Source of the DNA: Antedon mediterranea
Taxonomy: Eukaryota > Animalia > Echinodermata
Assembly: GCF_964355755.1 (NCBI RefSeq)
Contig: NC_092674.1
Coordinates: 2,790,001-2,854,000 of the forward strand
Reading direction: 5' to 3'
DNA: 64,000 nucleotides
Under the pieces are notes generated by a model. It did no database searches. It was not told the DNA's origin and was given only the letters and a program-made list of their open reading frames with translations. Below are positions 51,701 to 63,032 of this stretch, piece by piece (positions within the stretch are counted from its first letter, which is position 1; every line of letters begins with the position of its first letter). Made by a program: the position numbers and the translations under genes.

Positions 51701-54700
51701 AACTCCCATAGAATATGCTTGACAACAGTACTTCCACCAGCTCCAGGTTGGTGAAACAAGTGAAACCAATGAAAAACTGCTTGGCCAAGTGTTTTGACCG
51801 GCTGAGTTGGTTGTTTAATTTCGTTCTCAATTGCCTCTACCATGCTATATTTGACATCTCGTTGGCATACATGATCGAATTTGAAATTCCAAAATGAGAG
51901 TTTTTCCCCTCTATAAAAATTCAACTCGGTATCTTTACAGAATGTTTCGAAGTCCGGATGTTCTTTGTTCATATCTGTGTTGTCACATTCGTTGTATGCA
52001 ATCACCGATAAATCAACCCATTTAGATTTGTCTTTTTCCAACAGGTTACATCTTTTCCCATTAACTGTTGGCAACATGTAATCCGATTTCAAATTTACAC
52101 CTTGCATTCGTAAGATTATGTCATTGAAAATGTGGAATGGAACAACGACTAATCTTTCTTCTAGCTTTTCTTGATGACAGTACCGTCTCACTTGTTTACA
52201 CCATTGATCGAAAACCTGTCTCTGTTCACATATAAAGATGATACGATGGATGCCAAAGTCGGTATAGAACTTACGGAATGCTTCACTCAATACTTCAATG
52301 TTGTTAGGCAACAAGATAAAAATTACAAGACCTGAATCCTGTCGAATAATACAAGTATTTGAAAAGAATTCAACAGCCTTATCCATAGCTTGACTGCGTT
52401 TCTCGATCCAGGACATTCTGTCCATTTGTGAAACATCAATATCTGATCGCCCATTACAAAATACCCATGTTGGAACTTCTGCATAATTTATTTCAGATGG
52501 TGAAGTTACCTTGGCTATGTCTGTTATGCCGTAAAGATTTACCTCCTGTTTTGATCTCATTGACTTGCAGATGCCACTTTTGTTCGAATTAGCATCAAAA
52601 TCAAAGACAGCCTTCCATTTTACTTTTGATATAAACTCAAAAGTTTTATCGACATTTGGAATTTTCGTACCAGGTACATCAATTACAAGGATCGCATCAT
52701 AAACTATATCAAATGTAGTTTTTAATTGTGAGTCTTCAAGCAGCAATTCCCGAATTTTGTGTTCAGCTTCAGAATAATCTGATATATCCGTTGTTGTGAC
52801 ACGTTTCTTCTTCTTTTTCTTGCTCGATTTATTTTCTTTAAACACATGTTTGTCACGTGTGTCGTATTCTTGTTTATTGCTCTGTATACTTTTTGGGACT
52901 TTCGCTATTGCACCAATACCAGTTTGCAGCTCTTTTCTATCAGTTCCAAGTTGTGTTGATTTGATTGTTTTGTCAGTTGCAACTGAATACAAAAGGGAAT
53001 TCCCTGTTTTACCACCTAATCCTGATTGAGATTCTCTCTCTTCTCCATCACCTCTATTATCACAGCCTTCAGATTGCGAGTCAATGTTTGAAGCAGAATT
53101 ATCGGCAAAGGTCGGGCGTGTGCCCAGACTTTCCTTGAAACATTTAGACTTCAACTCTGTATTTTCAATCTTCTGCTCTTCTTTTTGCTGAGTGTTTATT
53201 TCAATGTTGTTAATACTTTCTTCTGAAGTAGCATCTTCTTTTTTAATTCCTGCTGTTGGAGATTTGACGTTTGTAGAACTGTCAGAAATGGCTATATCTG
53301 TATTTGGACTTGGACCAAACTCCTCCACATCTTTCTCATTTTGAATGTTAGACTTACTGACAGCGCCATGTAATACTTTACTGCTTTCTCTAATTTCTGC
53401 ATCACTGGACAATGTCTGGGGAACTTGTGATATGTTCTGCATATGTAAAACCAACAATAGTGGTCCACTTGTCAGATTAAAATCTTCCACAAAGTGCTCT
53501 TCTCGATATTTCAAAAACTTAACACCAGTCATATCCATGTTTGCAAATTTTTCTGCGTGAATCGGAGGTAATCCTGCCTGAAATAATAATTCAGATACTC
53601 TTGTTGCACTACAGTCATTAGTTACAGTTTTCCAACTATCCTCTTTTCCTTCCGGTAAATCTTTCCTTTTCTCTTCTAGACTGTATTGAATCATGCGCAA
53701 GTCGGTCTTTTTAAGTTTAAACTCCTTGAATATCTTGTCGTGCTTATCTATAAGCAGATTCTGTCCAATATATTCCTGCTCATAAACCTGATTTGCGATT
53801 TCTTCTTTCAGACAAAGTTCCATTGAGAGCCATTCTCTCACTCGGTTCCTATCCCACTCGGATATTAACTGATGGCTTTGACCTTAAATGATAAAGTGTT
53901 AAAATGATATCTAAATTGAACACAACTATATGATGGCCATTGATTAATTTACCATTAGTAATTCTTGGCCACATGTGCCTAAATACATTTTTAAAAAATA
54001 AATAAATAAATTGAACCCAACAAATGTAAATGTATCTTTATTATATTACTGCATGAACAGCTGATAAGTTGAGTTACATGCACTTATAATACTGAACAGG
54101 AAATATAAGATAATTAATTGTCTACCCATGAAATGGCGTTGTGAACTCAATATATGAATTGAACCAAATGATCCAATTAAACGATTAAATGATTCAGTAA
54201 ATTTAAAAACAGTCATATGTACTTAAATTACCATAGAAAGCAGCATTCCTGATGAATACTTACCAACTGGTTTTAGTTTTGATAAAACTGCTGTGTACAT
54301 GTTCTCGTCAATGTTCGATGACCAACTTCTGCAAAAGCGTTCAACTTTGCTTTCTGTGGCGAAGATTTTCGCAAGCTCTAGAATAACTTTTCCACTTCTG
54401 TGATTTTCCATCAGTTTTTCTAAGGCATACGTGTCATGAACTGCCACAGTGATCTCCAACGATCCTGATCTTATACTTTGTAAATCGAGGCCCATTTTTC
54501 GCATCATAGCGTTAAGTTCAGAGATCTTCTCTAAAAGTACTTGCCTAGATTCTTCATCGCATTGACCGTCCAAATTCTCTGAGTAAAACCAAATAGTACG
54601 TAGTAACTCTTTCTCGACCGTTTTTGGTTTATGTTGCTCTTGGTTGTGTTCAGGGTTACGTTGTTTGTCCTTATTTTCAAGTTGTTTGTTTTTGTTGTTG

Positions 54701-55214
54701 ATGTTGATTGTAATATCTATTTAAATCAAAATTAAAACGGCTAAAACATAAATAAAACTGAAAACAGGCGGTGTCTCTTTTTTTATATAAAGCATTTACG
54801 TAAGCAGCAACCTGATTATTTACGACCGATGTTGCCGATGAGTGAAAGAGATTAGGTCACAAAAGTCACTGAGATGCCCACAGCATATTCAAAGTAAAGT
54901 AGAATAAGCCTTTCACTAATGTTATATATGTTTAATTTTTTTTAACCAAATGTTTTAAATATTTTTATATCGTAGGCCTACTATGAAATACACTGAAAAA
55001 AAATTCCTATTTACGAAATAAAGTGAAATGGAAATGTAAATTGTATTGATCTAACGTAAAAGGTAGCATTCTTACTACAATTGTTACAATTTTTAAAAAC
55101 ATTGTTGTTGTTTCCTTCAAGACATATCTCTAGTGGTGAAATCGTCACTTTATTACCAACTTTAGTATAATGAACCACAGGTTCGGGTGGACTGCTGCCA
55201 TCTTGATCTGACAT
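48761..55214 (-). CDS. SAMD9: SAMD9/SAMD9L-family STAND NTPase, copy A, intact, about 1839 aa, atypical architecture (RHIM-like, TRADD-N-like, 2xSAM, linker, SIR2-like, P-loop, TPR, OB, eIF2A-like tail)
   Basis: Exons 55076-55214, 54264-54716, 49048-53882, 48761-48853 join in frame (5520 nt). SAMD9-specific motifs: KWKAVFDFD, PTWVFCNGR, NECDNT, FYRGEKLSFWNF, HLFHQPGAGGST (Lys-less Walker A as in SAMD9), ILWEFRQRYRC, AFMVMKEDF, IVHPIVA, QQVARYY, DTKGQIYK, LLWP, HFFLGNGKG, FYIGFSWGGPVAY. The family call is secure; one-to-one orthology is not claimed. Confidence 0.92.
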
Positions 55215-55811
55215 GGTGTTCTACTCCAAGATCAGGCTAAATCCTAAAGAGAAAAATGATGAATGTGAAAAAAAGTTGATGCTATCCATGTTTTAGTTAC
55301 GCCTTAGATATAAAATTCAAGTCAATGAAATGTACTAAAATAGAAATGTGTTATGATACAATATAGTGCGTATGCATGGCGTTTATTATTTTTTCCAAAC
55401 GATGGTCTATGGGGGAGTTTATTCGAGGGGCGTTTATTGAATACGGTAGGCCAACAATAATGACACATCAATACCAAAGATTGTACAGCGGCGCTATACA
55501 ATCTTTTTCAATACAATTAAGCGACTAGTAACTATAAGATATCAATACGCCAATATGTTTTTTCTGTAAATTGATATAGGCCTTACGCACTTAAAAAAAT
55601 ACATTACATTTAAATACCAATATTCCATACCAAATTGAGTCATCATATAACAAACAACAACATAACAAACCAAATAGGCCTATATCAGTGGTAATCATGG
55701 TAAAAGTTCACTTGTTCCGTCAGAAACCACTGCACAAAATGTCGTATTCTCATTATATGACATAACAACCTTTGTGCTGCAGCAGACCGATCGATTTATC
55801 TGATGAGACTT

Positions 55812-55826
55812 GAAATCGGAAATTCC
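55812..55826. promoter_or_regulatory. Candidate NF-kB/IRF-like site in the SAMD9-like copy A promoter region
   Basis: GAAATCGGAAATTCC lies just upstream of a probable non-coding first exon (donor at about 55630). Motif match only. Confidence 0.3.
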
Positions 55827-55893
55827 AAAGTTCTATTGTTATAATAATACAGCACCAAAAATGTTGTAGCGCCACCAAGTTAGTTAGTTATTG

Positions 55894-56728
55894 CAAAGAA
55901 TATATCACAAGAATGAGTAATCCGCGATTTTCCCTGTAACAGTAATATTGTCCATGTGGTAGGGCGCCGTCATAAGTGTGGATGTATCTGGGATGTATAC
56001 AACTTTTTGTGAAGGTTTTACTATATCAAAGGCTGGACCACCGGAGTATTTTCCGATGATAAAAATGTTATCAACTACATGCCAACATCATGTTAAATAC
56101 TATTTAGATATTTATTTGTTCGTTTTATGCAATTTATTTAGTAAAAACTGCCGTATAAACAGTTTGCTTTATCAACCGGGCGCTACGATAGCGTGACCGG
56201 GCGTGTTGGTGTTTACGCGTTTTCACGAAGGATAGTTTAATAACATTCCTATATTTAACTTGTTTCTGGTAAAACAAATAAATGTTAATGACATTTAACA
56301 TTTTCTCCTTTTAATAACATGTGTTTTATACTAATTTATATCATAAAAACAATACTTAATTTACCGGGCGTAGAGTAGTACACGGCAATGGTAAAGAATA
56401 GGCCGTGCTGAGTAATATTCGTTGATTTTTGGTGTTGCTGTGTTAGGCCTTTTTTGTGAACTAACTTAGCATGTTAGTAAATAATTGTCTGTAAAAGTGA
56501 ATAAACACTAGTTTGTTAATAAATATGTATTATAAAATAGTTTACAATTGCAAAAACTACCATCATAATTCTATTTAATGTGACATGTATCATGTCTATT
56601 AAATCAAGTCTTATTTAGTATGTATACATCCGCCCTTATAAGGGCGGGCATCACTCACTGGAGCTCTCTGTTACAAATTTCTCATGCAAAAATCGCGGAA
56701 TACTCATTCTTGTGATATATATTCTTTG
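55894..56728. mobile_element. Non-autonomous P-element-like transposon
   Basis: About 38-bp TIRs CAAAGAATATATCACAAGAATGAGTAATCCGCGATTTT and 7-bp TSD GTTATTG (55887-55893, 56729-56735). Confidence 0.75.
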
Positions 56729-58669
56729 GTTATTGTCATTATTATTATATACTAGTATTACGAATTAATAGACGCTTACTATATAACTTTACAATAAAAT
56801 GTAATGACAAATGATCTTCTTGTTTTTTGTCATTAAATTTTATTGTAAAGTTATACTAGTAATTATTGTACTTATATCATATTTGTTTTAATTTCCTGAA
56901 CATTGTTCGGTTTTGTTAAACTTGAACGACATTATGATCAATAACATTGTTATTCGTTCCTTCATTTACTTTCAAAGGCCTGAAGCCAACCATAGATTCT
57001 TTCCTTCATTAGGTCTAACAGTACGGTATAACATATTTTGCAATCACAATGTCAATAACCAAATCTGGTTTTTTTTTACAACATTTTTTTTCAAAAGCAA
57101 TGATGAAGCAAACCAAATGTCGTGTGAAATAGTGACGCTAAATCAAAAAGAGTCGTTTTTTTTTTTAATATTGAAGAGTCGTTTTTTAACTTTTCATATT
57201 TTTATAAACCAAAAGTTTTGCAAATGTACATGATTTTTTTAGATTGTACCTACGCTGAATTTTTAACGTTTTACCTTTTACACAATCAGAATGTTTAACT
57301 TTTTAACTTTTGTACAATTAGAATGTTGAGATAGAAATTTGTATTTTTAGAACACTTATTAACATTTATTATAGCATATTTTTTGTATTTTTCTAAATTT
57401 GTTAAATCTCGGTTTTATTGTATCGTTCAAGTTGACAGGGGCTGGTCAAGCACATCACAAGATGACAGTTTTATTACTTTTGCTTTTCCGCTACTCCCCT
57501 GTTATACTTATATGGGTTTTTTATATGTAGAAAGATTGAAAATAATAAAAATAAAATATCTCACAAAAATGTAAATTTGTTGCTTCAAAAACAGAACATT
57601 ACAAGGTTGATGGTAAGTAGTATTGTCGTATTTTCACTAAAAGTATCATATAAATCTATTCAATACGATTTACAGCATTTCATAGTTCTATGAGGGATAT
57701 GTATTTTTACATATCTTGTTTATTTTTTTAATAATACTAATTTTCAATTTGTGATTTTATATTTATTGTAATTTCCTTTTTGTATTGCTGAACAGTTGGA
57801 ATTGTTTGAAATGCCCATATGTTATGAGAGGTCATGTTTTTTGTTCATAAATAGGAAAGAGTGAATATAGTTTGATGCACGTGCCACGTGCATAGACATC
57901 CTCAGATTGTTATAATCCATAGAATTATTGACTTTAAAGATGCAACTCTCTTAGTCCATCGTCTCTCTATATCTTTCTTGCAATTGTAATGTAAGGCTAT
58001 ATATTATTTATTAATGAAAAAAATGCCATGTTTTACTAATCAACAACATGGAAGATGACATCTAGAAAAGGACATACAATATTTGTAATAAGAAAATAAT
58101 TTGATATATTTGATGATCGGAGTTTCATTTAAGAAAAGCAAAGATATTATGGAGCGGCTACTCCTAAATATACACTATAGGCCTATGGGCCTAGGCTACT
58201 TATAAGTACCCTGTATGTAGTTTAAAATTATAAATGTTAAGTGATCTTGCGCCCATAGCCTGCCACATTTCGATAGTCAATATTGATATTGACCGGACGT
58301 GGTTCCACAATAACTGTATATGAAAATATAGAGTGGATAGAACATAAATGCATTCAAAATTTACCTTAAACTATTTTTGAAGAATTGAATCGGTGGATGT
58401 GTAATCGTTGTATGATTGTTGGTTTAAAAATGTTCGATAAAGTGCGTTTGAGTACCGGTATAGAATAAAATGCTTGCGTTTCTTCGATGTGCGTGCGTAA
58501 CGAAGTGACGTGTGTAAATACTATATATGTATATATCGTATATTTCAATTCAATCAAAGATTCTTGTGTTATAAGTTCTTTGATTCAATGTATTTGTCCA
58601 CACCAAAAATACATGAATAATTATATAAAAATATAAATTCAACTTTACAAATTGGCATATAGCCTAATT

Positions 58670-58978
58670 TATATAACACCTATATAAATTCCTGTCATTT
58701 GATTGGACGAATGTGGGTCACATGGCGTGCAATAGTACGCACTATTCAACGATCGTTAAATAGTACTTTTTGAAAAATTTTTGTTTGTTATTTAGATGTT
58801 ATATAAAACAAATAATGAATGTTTTGTATTCGTGTAATGGTACAAATAATGGCACTTGGTGAATGATGAAAGGTTATATCAACTCGGCTTTGCCTCGTTG
58901 ATATAACCTTTCATCATTCACCTCGTGCCATTATTTGTACCATTGCACTCATAAACATTCATTATTTGTATAATAATT
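58670..58978. mobile_element. Hairpin-ended non-autonomous element (possibly Crypton-associated)
   Basis: About 165-bp imperfect palindrome 58808-58969 centred on AACTCGGCTTTGCCTCGTT, preceded by a GATTGG..GGTCACATG block. Confidence 0.5.
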
Positions 58979-61222
58979 ATCAAGTCAAGTCATCAATATT
59001 ATTAAATGACAATGAATGTCAATGATTTTAAAATATATCTGAATTGTTCTAGTTTTTCGACTGCCTCATTGTGCATAAATGATATATTCACTTTTAGTAT
59101 CCTTTTGAGTAGGCCTAGAATAAAGTCTATAAAAATAAGTGGTTACTTTTTCTGTTTTTAAGTTTTGCTTAAAGGTCGAACAATAAGTGGAATAATAAGT
59201 GATTATTAAAAACAGTAATATTGTAAACTGTATAACAAATAAAGACCATTTCCGGAGTTTCCTAGAAAGGATTAAATGAAAGGTTGTTGAACTTGAACGA
59301 TATCATGATCAAACAATGCTATTTGTTCCTTTATTTCACACTTATAAATGCCTACTAAGCCAACCTATAGAAATAATGTTATCATTGGTTAGCTGGGCCA
59401 TGACGGATTTTCTTTCCTCCATCCATAGTTAAGCCTATATTCACATTGTCATTCTTGGTTGTCTTTGTACGCAACGCAACGACGTAGGCGCAACGCACGT
59501 GAGTTGACCGTTTTAGACTATCTTTTGTTGCAAATGCTATTCATATTTTTAATTCACGATTTAAGAGAAGTTTGTAATTCCGATGCCTTCACTATTCATA
59601 CCTGTACAGTATATTATAAATATTTTTGTGTAATTTGTTTTTAAGTATTTTAAATATGTTATGGTCTTTTTATATTTTTATTCTTGCCAAGGAAGACAAT
59701 TTTCATAATGTAATTTTACTTATTCTATGACAAATAAAATTGTATCTATCTATCTATTCCAGTGATCCATCGCGTCGTAACGTAGCAGACCAAATGTCGT
59801 GTGAAATAGAAACAAAAAGTGACGCTTCATCAACATTTATTTCAAAAAATGTAAATTTGAGGCATATTATAACAACATTAATATACCTATAAATCTATTT
59901 TACAAGAATGTGGTAACGTTTTGAAATAATAAATTTATTCTGCACTTTCACGTTGTTTGAAAACAATGCGAATTGTTTATTTGCTTCAAGTGTTCTGCTT
60001 TGTAATTCACCAAATAATACTACAATTAAAAACTCTGGAGGAACTGTTTAAAACGGGGCTACATAAAATTTCAGAACTGATAAGTTCAAAGGGATTTGAC
60101 ACGACACCGGTTAATTCGAAGAACCGCGGAAGTAGCGGCTCAAGTCGTTGAATAATGTATACTATTATGTGTGTATGTGAATGCTGTTGTCATTACGGGT
60201 TGTTGTTGTGAATACATTACAAGGTTGACGGTAAGTCGTACAGTCGTATTTTCACTAAAAGTATCATATCAATCTATTCAATATTCAGACGATTTACAGT
60301 ATTTGATAGTTCTATGAGGGATATGTATTTTTACATCTCAATAGTCCTCCTATTGTTCATATACTGTGTGTAAAGTTTAATGTGTTTACCGGTTCTTGGT
60401 TGTATACAGATTCGTGTTATCCACTTTAGCAATATGGGATTGGCTTCCGCTGTTCACAGTTCATAACTGGGGTTGACATTGTACAATAGACGGGATATAA
60501 GAAGTTAGGCCTATCTACTAAGGGTAAGATATCTATTATACAATATTGAATTTAATATAATATATAACAACGGCGTCTGTACCAGTAAGTGGGGATGCAA
60601 CTGAACGGCTTGGAACTAATTACTATCTCCATAATAATTGATCTATTACTGTAGTATTTATAATGTAGTAATATTTAACCACTTTTGATTTCAAATCATC
60701 AGAATCAAAATCGTAAATCATGATCATTCAGCCTCACGTTGAAGGAAAGTTGTAAGCGGCATAATAAATCTTACATCAATTTAAAAAAAAAAACACTTTC
60801 TAATTTATAAAGCTAATGTCAGACTGCAGATTGGAAAAAAGGGTCCTATAAAATACTCATAATAATATACTCATAAATAAATAAAAGTAGAAAACATTTA
60901 ATGAGGGTGATGTGTGGTTGGTGTTTTTTTAAAAGAAAATGGAAACCTTCCTTTATCACCTCTAGTCCTCGATAATACATTAATTGCTGTTGTAAATTGT
61001 TGGTGACATTAACGTGTGCATTATGTATACGAATTCATGATTAATTAACAATATGCTCAACGAATTCACGTCATAATTAGATGACTTAAAGTGGACACCA
61101 TGATAGATGACATTTACGTACTTGCGTGGGCCTATATTAAAAGCATGTACATGACACCGAAACATAATGCTTACATTCACAATTATGTTTCTTTATATTT
61201 ATTAGAATCAAACTAAGATAAA

Positions 61223-63032
61223 ATGACGGCACATCGTCATAGCAACTATGTTGAAGTACTGTTTGTGTTGCTAGTTGTCTTAGTAGTAACAGTTGTTGCA
61301 GATGACGTTTGTGATAGGACAACACCAATAGGTAACTTACTAAATCTTGTTTCCCACTAGGACGCAACGCAAGGACGTTAGCGCAACGCAAGTGATTTTA
61401 CCAGTGAAGAGTGACATATTTGTTTAAACTCTTCCCTGATTTGACTAATCATGACGCAATGGATTATTTGAACTGCGCTTATGATTAGTCAACTCGCTTG
61501 CGTTGCGCTTACGTGGTGCGTTACGTCCTAGTGAGAACCTAGCTTTACTGGGATATAGCATTGATGTGACTATTGATAGTGGAAAAAATAGGATTTCCGT
61601 CGATGGGGTGGACAATGAACGAGTAGCCCTAAGTGATGGTGCCGGGACGTAATTGACCGGTGACGGGTATTGATAAGTGGCAAAAATCAACCTGACAATG
61701 AAATGGCGTCGAGTGACAAAAATGACAATAACATTCGAATTCAACAAATTGCATTATTTAATAAAATTAACCAATTTGACGACGGCGCTGATATCATGAC
61801 GATGGCTACAGCAGAACCGTACACTTATGTGTAGGTCTCACGTAATGCGACATGACGTCATTCCACACTCATAGATACAGGGCACCATGACCCCTTTCCC
61901 AGTCAGTCTTCGCTGTTGATGACGGACGGAGACAAATGAATGCAATGACGAAGAAAAATACCGTTAAGGCCAATTTACACAGACGAGCGGCAACGGTAAT
62001 AAAATATATAATCTATGTTATTCCTTATGACCATTTACACACAACGCTTAGGATAGATACATCATTATTCTACGTGGGACAAGCTACGCGGTTCCGCTTA
62101 CCGTTACCGGTCGCCTGTATAAATTGGCCTTTAGTGAAATAATACTGATTCTTATTTCTCAAGGTAACAAGTTATCATTCTACGCAACACAGAAGAGTAC
62201 ATATGTTGAAATAAGAAAGTACTTCTACATTAAATGTTGTGCACAGTGGTATGATACCATTGAATGGTACAAGGATGTGATCAGTCCATCAACCCGTATC
62301 GGTCAAAGGTCAATACCTAGTGGCTGCAATCATTGTGGTGTCCAGCACGCCTTTACGTTCAAAGAGAATGGACAAGTGTTGAAAGTGAGAGAAAGTGTTA
62401 AAGACTACCATACGGGAACTTATATTTGTGTTATAAGAAATGGGACGGTTAATGAGACTTTCAAACAAGATGTAACAGTACAACGTAAGTCATCAGAATT
62501 GGTATTTTTTTTATTCTATTCAAAAGGTTAACCCATATTTAAAATGCATTTTCATTTATGCAGAGAATATATAAATAAATAAACAAGGTCATATACATGG
62601 CTGCAGTCGCGTGCTCAAGTTAGTGTTTACCACCGACCAACCGACCGACATGAGCTGTTGTAGAGTCGCATTGCACGCGACTAAAAACAATATTGAACAG
62701 AAAAATGTAGACGTGGCGCGTGTAAATGTTCATTTAGTTCATCCTTCCTATCTTTAATTTAATCAATGTGCTTTCGTCCATTTAGCTATAAATAATTTAC
62801 AATCATCTACAAACCTGACACTCGCTAACGACGAATGTGAACTGAACGTGTATGCGAATATTGGTGACAACACAACAATTTGCTGCACGTTCTCACAGTT
62901 GACGCTGGATTTTGACATACGATGGGAAAGAACGATAAATGGTACAGAATTCATCCATCTAATCAAATCCGAAGGAACTAAAAAGGAGTTTGAATATACG
63001 ACATTTGTTGCGTATACAACTTACTTTAAATC
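61223..63032 (+). CDS. Second IL-1R-like Ig receptor paralogue, 3'-partial
   Basis: Exons: 61223-61331 (MTAHRHSNYVEVLFVLLVVLVVTVVADDVCD, signal peptide), 62164-62484 (Ig1: IKCCAQWYDTIEWY..TGTYICVIRN), 62786-63032 (first half of Ig2: ANIGDNTTICC..IRW). Phases match the 27-33 kb gene and the third exon has the same 247-nt length. TM and TIR are not seen within the window. Confidence 0.82.
62582..62687 (-). mobile_element. Short Helentron/HINE-like element
   Basis: Same termini (CACGCGACTAAAAA, AGTCGCGTG, AACAAGG) and (GACC)n core as the element at 45436-46204. Confidence 0.6.

Noticed and set aside
55800-55826. CTGATGA...GAAA as a second hammerhead
   Set aside because: No stable stem II and no stem I/III pairing.
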